DNA of 64,000 bases from Salpingoeca rosetta (taxonomy: Eukaryota; Protista; Choanoflagellata): contig JAWQFM010000019.1 of the NCBI GenBank assembly GCA_033442325.1, positions 261,324 to 325,323 on the forward strand, written 5' to 3'. The notes under the pieces were generated by a model. The model had not been told where the DNA came from. It did not search any database and worked only from the letters and a program-made list of their open reading frames with translations. The first letter of the stretch is position 1, and the number at the start of each line of letters is the position of its first letter. The translations under genes and the position numbers were made by a program. Shown piece after piece: positions 47,573 through 64,000 of this stretch.

Positions 47573-48058
47573 TCACTTGGAAAGGGCGGTGAGCGCGGCT
47601 GGCGCGGTCTTGCCGGCCGCAGCGAGAGCCTTGCACATGCTGCGGGCAAGGCCGCTGACGGAGTAGTCGCCGTTGAGGCGGGGCGCAAGCTGCTGCTCAT
47701 CGGCGTCGATGAAGCGCACCACAGGGTTGTTCCACGACGGCTCGCGGTACTTGCGCAGCACCTCTGCATCCGCGCCTCCCTTGTTGTTGAAGATGGCCAC
47801 AGGCACAAACAGCGTGCTCGCTGCATCCACGATGGCGTGGTTCGACAGCACCATCTGCCCGTACCCAACGCATGTGGAGCACCCAGGCACCTCCTGGAAC
47901 AGCAGCAGCACGGGCTTGTTCTCCTCGTGCGCCTTCTTCAGACCCGCCGCGTAGTCCCGCAGCCACGGCACCTTGCCCAACTCGCGCCACGTGCTGCTGC
48001 CGCTGCTACCATTGCCGTCGCCGTCACCAGACATGCCTTTGGTTGAGCGCAGTCCCAT
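47573..48058 (-). CDS. Intronless thioredoxin-like protein, Cys form of the bacterial VPGUxxT-type (seleno)protein family (start may be 48034)
   Basis: ELGKVPWLRDYAAGLKKAHEENKPVLLLFQEVPGCSTC..YG..VLS..FVPVAIFNNKGG.DAEVL..EPSWNNPVVRFID. Confidence 0.82.
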   Translation of the reverse strand: MGLRSTKGMSGDGDGNGSSGSSTWRELGKVPWLRDYAAGLKKAHEENKPVLLLFQEVPGCSTCVGYGQMVLSNHAIVDAASTLFVPVAIFNNKGGADAEVLRKYREPSWNNPVVRFIDADEQQLAPRLNGDYSVSGLARSMCKALAAAGKTAPAALTALSK

Positions 48059-48215
48059 GCGTTGTTGTTGTTGCTTCCTGTTGTGCCGTGTTATGTGTTT
48101 GTTTGGCTTTGTGCCTTCCCTGCTTTCCTTGACTCTCTTCTTGAGCAACCAAGCCTTTCTCTTCTTCTTCTTCTATCAAGTGAACAAATCAACGCATCGA
48201 GCTACCAGCTACAAG

Positions 48216-54573
<6,358 letters not shown>

Positions 54574-54808
54574 CACTCTGCGCGCGCCAGCACCAGGGCC
54601 ATGTCGCACTCCTCGCCAAGTAGAAGAAAGCACAAGAGCACTGTGTTGTTGTTCTCTGGTTGTTTGTGTGGGTTTGCATGTTTCCATTGCGCCACCCTTG
54701 CGTGGCTTCTGCTGCTTCTGCTGTTGTTTGCTGTGTTACATTAACCTGTGCAACCAAGCTCAGCAAGCACCAGCAACCGCTAACCACCACCGAGCATCAA
54801 ACAAGCAG

Positions 54809-55466
54809 CTAGACGGCGTCCAGGCGGTCGTGCACTTGGTCCTGCAAGTTGTCAAAGTACCGCAGCGCCAGCGTCGCCTCCTGAGGTGTGGTGTGGTGTC
54901 GTGTGTGTTGTGTTGTGCTATGAGTGGGAAGCACGGACGCATTCGGGTTGCGTACCAACACACACACACACACACACATGCACACACACACACACATACA
55001 CACACAGCTGCTTGCTTGTACCTTCGCTGCAGCCATATCGCCAGCTCTGAACGTGTCTGCCATCGTCTTCAGTGTTTCGTCGCGCCGAGCTGCGGGCACG
55101 AACAAACGGCAGAGGAATGGGAAAGCAAGAGAGAGGAGAGAGACAAGTGCGGGAGTAAGGTTGAGGTGAGGGAAAAGTGTGTGGAGTGTGGATGGGGGCA
55201 TAGGCAATGCCTTTCGTTTCGTTTCCTACTCTGAACTCGCAGCCACAACGTGTACACGTGTACAGACTACCGCACCTGTGAGTGATTCCTCGAAAGCAAG
55301 GAGGGCATCCTCCGTCGTTGCTTCCGCCAGCTGCTCATTCAACTGCGCAATTCAACGCAAGCACGCACGCGAGGGTGTGAAGAGACGTGAGAAGGGCCAG
55401 TGCACACACACACTCACACACACACACACAGAGCACACACACACACGCACACACACACACACACAC

Positions 55467-55534
<68 letters not shown>

Positions 55535-56668
55535 CACATCACGGTACGAACCTCCATCACCTCCATGAGGAACTCAATGTCTGTTGCCTTCTCCTGCTCT
55601 GCAACGCCGTTTCCATTCAAGTCCAGCTGCAATCATTGAACGACAGCGAAACGGCGTTGAGGCAGAAGAGTGCGCGCGTGTGTTTGCTTGAACCAGCAAG
55701 CACGTTGCAAAGTGAGGCGTGAAGTTCCTCTGCGAACTGACCAGGTGGAGGGCGCGACTAAGAGGCGTGCGGATGGCGTTGTACGCGTCGTTGACAACCG
55801 CAGATTGCTGGCCTGAATACTCTTGCTCCTTCTGCAACCACGTGGACAGGGACAGGGACAAGTGTTGGCCGTGAGAGGCAATACGAGGCACATGCCAGGC
55901 GCGACGCAAGCTTCAGCGCAGTGCAGGCTGACAGGTTTGGATGCATCTCACATCCCACCTCGGACTTCATGCCGAACCGATCTGGGTGCAACTTTGTCTG
56001 GAGCGAGCGGAAGGTCTGTTCTGCCTTGGATAGATCCACATCAAACGCCGCTGGCCTTTTGAAGGAGGAGGAGAAAGAAGAACAGGCGCAGCTTTGGCGT
56101 GAGCACAGGGAGGCAAACACGGACAGGCAGACATAATCACACACTCACACTGCCTCCACACATAAACACACACACAATCTCGCTCTCACACACACACAAT
56201 CTCGCTCTCACACACACACAATCTCGCTCTCACACACACAATCCCGCACACACACACACAATCTCGCACACACATATGCACTCACAAGTCGAGGACAGAA
56301 AAGTAGTTGGGTGTGCCCTTGTGCGGGGGTTGGATGGTACCGCAGGCAGCACAGAAGAAGGCACCGCTGGCTCCCGCAGGCTTGCCACAGCTCCAGCACA
56401 CACTGCCCTCGGCAGAACTGGACGCCGCTCTTCTTGTCGTGGATGACGATGAAATGCAGCGCGTCTGCGTCCATCTCGTACCTGCGCCAAATACCGCCCT
56501 TGGGTTGTTCGCCCTGACACTGCTGCCTCCCGTTACGCGACGCAGCTGCGTCCACGGCTGCAGCCTGCTTGCCCGCACACCGCACAGCATCCGCACGCCG
56601 CCACACAACACCCGCACAGCACCACCACCACGAAGCGCACAGCTCGCCAGCATCTCTCCCGACAGCAT
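54809..56668 (-). CDS. HSCB: Mitochondrial Fe-S cluster co-chaperone HscB/HSC20
   Basis: Presequence; tetracysteine CWSC...[12 protein letters not shown]; NYFSVL; J-domain [13 protein letters not shown]; [18 protein letters not shown]; EFLMEVME; LRYFDNL. Confidence 0.94.
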
Positions 56669-56826
56669 AAAGTGAAATGGGCTGCTGTCCTTTCTCGCTG
56701 CTGCGCCATTTCTGATGATGATGTGACACACAGCACGCCGCCACCAACCATTCACAACAGCACACGCCGCCACCAACCCAACACACACCGTTACACAAAC
56801 ACGTACACAAGATAGAAAGACGAACT
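56669..56826. promoter_or_regulatory. Putative bidirectional promoter (HscB / LPCAT)
   Basis: Divergent ATGs 158 bp apart; CGCCATTTCTGA at 56704. Confidence 0.5.
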
Positions 56827-60985
<4,159 letters not shown>

Positions 60986-61257
60986 TGGCGTTCCACAGCA
61001 AGTCATGCTCTCTCCTGGACCTCTCATGTACTCGCTTTCGCATTTCCTGTCTCACTGACTGCTTGCCTTTGCTTATCACAACTGTGTACATTTTGTTGCT
61101 TTCCAAACGCTAAACAAACCAACCCATCCATGTAAGCAGTCTCAATGTGTAACAACAGCCCACTACAGCGTCGTGCAATAATGTAAGCAAGCAAGCAAGT
61201 AACATACACACACACACCACTCGCGGCGGCCACGAGAGTGGCACACACTGCGTGTCG

Positions 61258-63376
61258 TCATCTTCGCGGTCCTTGCATGTGAATGACCAAGGACAACACG
61301 CCCAAACACGCAATGCAAATCATCACCGCAATGAACCGTGCAAGTACGGCTGCGTAGTGCGCCTGAACTTGCGGATCCGTCGTCCACCTCCGCTGCGCCG
61401 TTCTAAACGGAACGTGCCAGCACGTGCCCCTGAAACACGAGTGTGGGCGGTGGTTCCGCCGGCGCTTAAGCCCCGCGGCGCCTGGATCCACATACACAAA
61501 CGACACGCCCACAGACACCAGCTCCACCTGCCGTACAGGCTCGGCTGTTGCATTTGAAGGTGCCGCAGTTGCATTTGTGGGTGCCGCTGTTGTATTTGTT
61601 GGTGGTGCTGTCGTGAGCGTCACATTTGAAACTGGCGGCGCTGGGGTTGTGGCAGTGATGTAGAGATGGCGTGTGTATGTTGTGACCTGCGCTCCAAACA
61701 CAATCATCTGCGGGTTCTGCGGATGCCCTTGCGACGTCACCAACACCTGCCAATTGATTGATGGTGTGTGCGCGCGTGTGCGCGCGTGCATGTACATGTG
61801 AGAGTGAGAGAGAGTGTGTGTGTGTGTGAGTGTGAGTTGAACTTACACCAACACCAACACTACATGCGTGCTGGCCACTGTGTGTGCGTGTGTACGTATG
61901 TATGTGCACAGCTGTGCTCACCTGAATCTCGGCACGCCGTGGAACGTCGTTGCATAGGGGCCGCTGCGTGTAGTTCAGGAACAGCTCTTGCTGTTGTTAC
62001 GGTGGTGGGTGGGGCGAGTGGAGATGGAGCGAATAAGTGTTGTTGCGAATTGTTGACGTTGGTAAGAGACAGAACAGAACAAAACACCAGGAGTAACAGA
62101 AAGGCAAGCAGGCACAGCAGCAGCAACAACAACACACACACACATACAAAGCAACAACACACATACACACGCGCATACACACGCACATACACGCACGCAC
62201 GCGTGTAGCACACGGACTGACATCGGCGTATTCGCGGGTGGTGGTGTGGATGACGTCGATCCATTCGCCCGCTGCAGATGTGTCAGAATCGCCGTAAATG
62301 CCGACGCGGCCGGGAACCGACGACGACGAGGGGAGCCCAAGGTGCTGTTGCAGCGATGATGGCGGTGATGGTAGTTGTTAGGTGGGGGGCGGTTGGTCGT
62401 TGTTGGGGTTGGGGGGGCGGTTGTTGTTTGTGAGGTGATGACAAGGCATACACCAAGATGCAACGATGACAGTAACACAGGCCCACGTGTGCTCGTGTGA
62501 ACGACACCTGTCTGAAATTGGCGCGCAAAGCGTTGCAGTCGCTGAAATCGTCGACGGAAAACTCGAGTTGACACATTGACAGCGAATTCTCGTTGAAGGC
62601 GAGCGGGCGGCGGCCAACCTGTGAGGCGTGAATGTGTGTGTGTGTGTGTGTGTGAGTGTGTGCGCGCGCGTGTGGGTGTGTGTGTCTGTGTCTGTTTGGG
62701 AGCCATGGGGAGGCAGGTGGATGGAAACACCTCGGGTACAAGCGTACCTCACTGCAGCGTGTTGATCTTGCGTCGACGCCAATCAGCGAATACTCAAAGT
62801 CCTGATGGCGCCACGCAATAGAACACAATACAAGGCAGCATTGCGACAGCACATGAGTTTTCAAACTGCAAGCAAACACTCTGAGAAAGCACATCAAGGG
62901 CACCAACACCCGTCATCATCATCATCATCATCAGCAATGTGGTGTCACCTGCATGAGCAGCGGGCGGCCGTCCAAATATCCGGGGCGACCAGAGCGAACT
63001 GGTAGTGTGTGAATGGGATGTGTTGGCAAAGGGAAGCGTGCTTTCAGCGCACACATGCTTACACACTCTCACATACAGGTACACAGGAACACAGATGCAT
63101 GCACAACAACCACACTACAAGCAGGACCTCACTGTCCCACCTTTTGCGTCTGTGCTGCGGGCAAAGGTGACGGCGAACGTCTGCACAAATGGCTGCGATT
63201 GCGTCACGTTGGCGGCGGTGACGTCCACATGCGCAGCGGACACACCCTGAAGACGATGGTGTTGGCGAGGGAGGGAGGGGGCGGGTTGGAACAGGGTGAC
63301 CAAAGTGAATGGATGAATGGACAAGACCTACAATAAGCTTCGATTCCAAACATCGCCAGCAAACAGCAGGAACACA

Positions 63377-63440
<64 letters not shown>

Positions 63441-63860
63441 GATGTGCTCACGTCTTCTCCCCAGATGAAGGTGACGGCGATGGAGGCCGCAGCGTGCGCA
63501 CATGTGCCATTGATGAACGTCGTGTCGGGCAGACCGGACGGCGGCAGAACTACGCTCACCTGTGCCCATCGTCGTGGTGGTGGGTGTTGTTGTTTTTGTG
63601 CACGTGTGTATATGTGTGAGCATGCACGTACGCATGCGTGTGTGTATGATAAATGGGTATGTGAGGTTTCGCATGTACGATGCATGTGCGAGCACCACGT
63701 GCTGCAGACGGCATGTTGTGGTGCAGTAGATGTACGCACGAGCTGCAGCGTTGCCGGGTTGGCGATGATGGAGGACAGCGACGTGACAAACGCGTCGATG
63801 GAGAGCAAACCCGAGCAGGCGGACGCCAGGTCCGCTTCACCATCAAATTGCCTGTGTTGC
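61258..63860 (-). CDS. Tectonic-family ciliary transition-zone protein (TCTN2-like); 5' part lies beyond the window end
   Basis: RRPLAFNENSLSMCQLEFSVDDFSDCNALR; GHPQNPQMIVFGAQV; VSVGVSFVYV; C-terminal hydrophobic segment FIAVMICIACLGVLSLVI. These match tectonic C-terminal patterns as recalled. Confidence 0.62.
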
Positions 63861-63943
63861 GTTTGAGTTGAAGAGCAGCAGGCGTGTTTGGTCAGTAGAT
63901 GGTCGTGACAAGGCACCGCGATCGCCATGCTGTGACGAAGTTT

Positions 63944-64000
<57 letters not shown>

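Overview
Eukaryotic, intron-rich, gene-dense DNA with microsatellite-filled introns and five N gaps (9476-9624, 15215-15568, 23268-23909, 25477-25921, 31547-31646). Gene content and style suggest a choanoflagellate such as Salpingoeca rosetta (inference, not verified). Most ORF-track entries are microsatellite artefacts, so genes were rebuilt by hand from GT-AG exons. About 17 genes in order: type I metacaspase; small membrane protein; secreted fibre-like protein with three repeated beta domains; MCCC1; ureidoglycolate-lyase-like cupin; intronless CYTH-like/DUF5678-like ORF continuing past an in-frame TAA into a retropepsin; enolase-phosphatase E1; intronless P-loop ATPase; ArfGAP2/3; RMI1; kinesin light chain; PAN/kelch/mucin membrane protein; bacterial-type VPGCxxC thioredoxin; BPI-like plus twin PqiA membrane protein; HscB; LPCAT/LPEAT2-like acyltransferase; tectonic-like gene running off the window. 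Main highlights: (1) the stop-split CYTH/DUF5678/retropepsin unit, (2) a ~3 kb direct duplication of the ENOPH1/ArfGAP 3' ends flanking the ATPase, with reciprocal decay of the redundant halves, (3) the cubilin-N/coiled-coil/CTHRC1-like fibre, (4) the BPI-PqiA fusion, (5) strand-polarised intronic microsatellites. All family assignments are motif recognition from memory; no searches were run.
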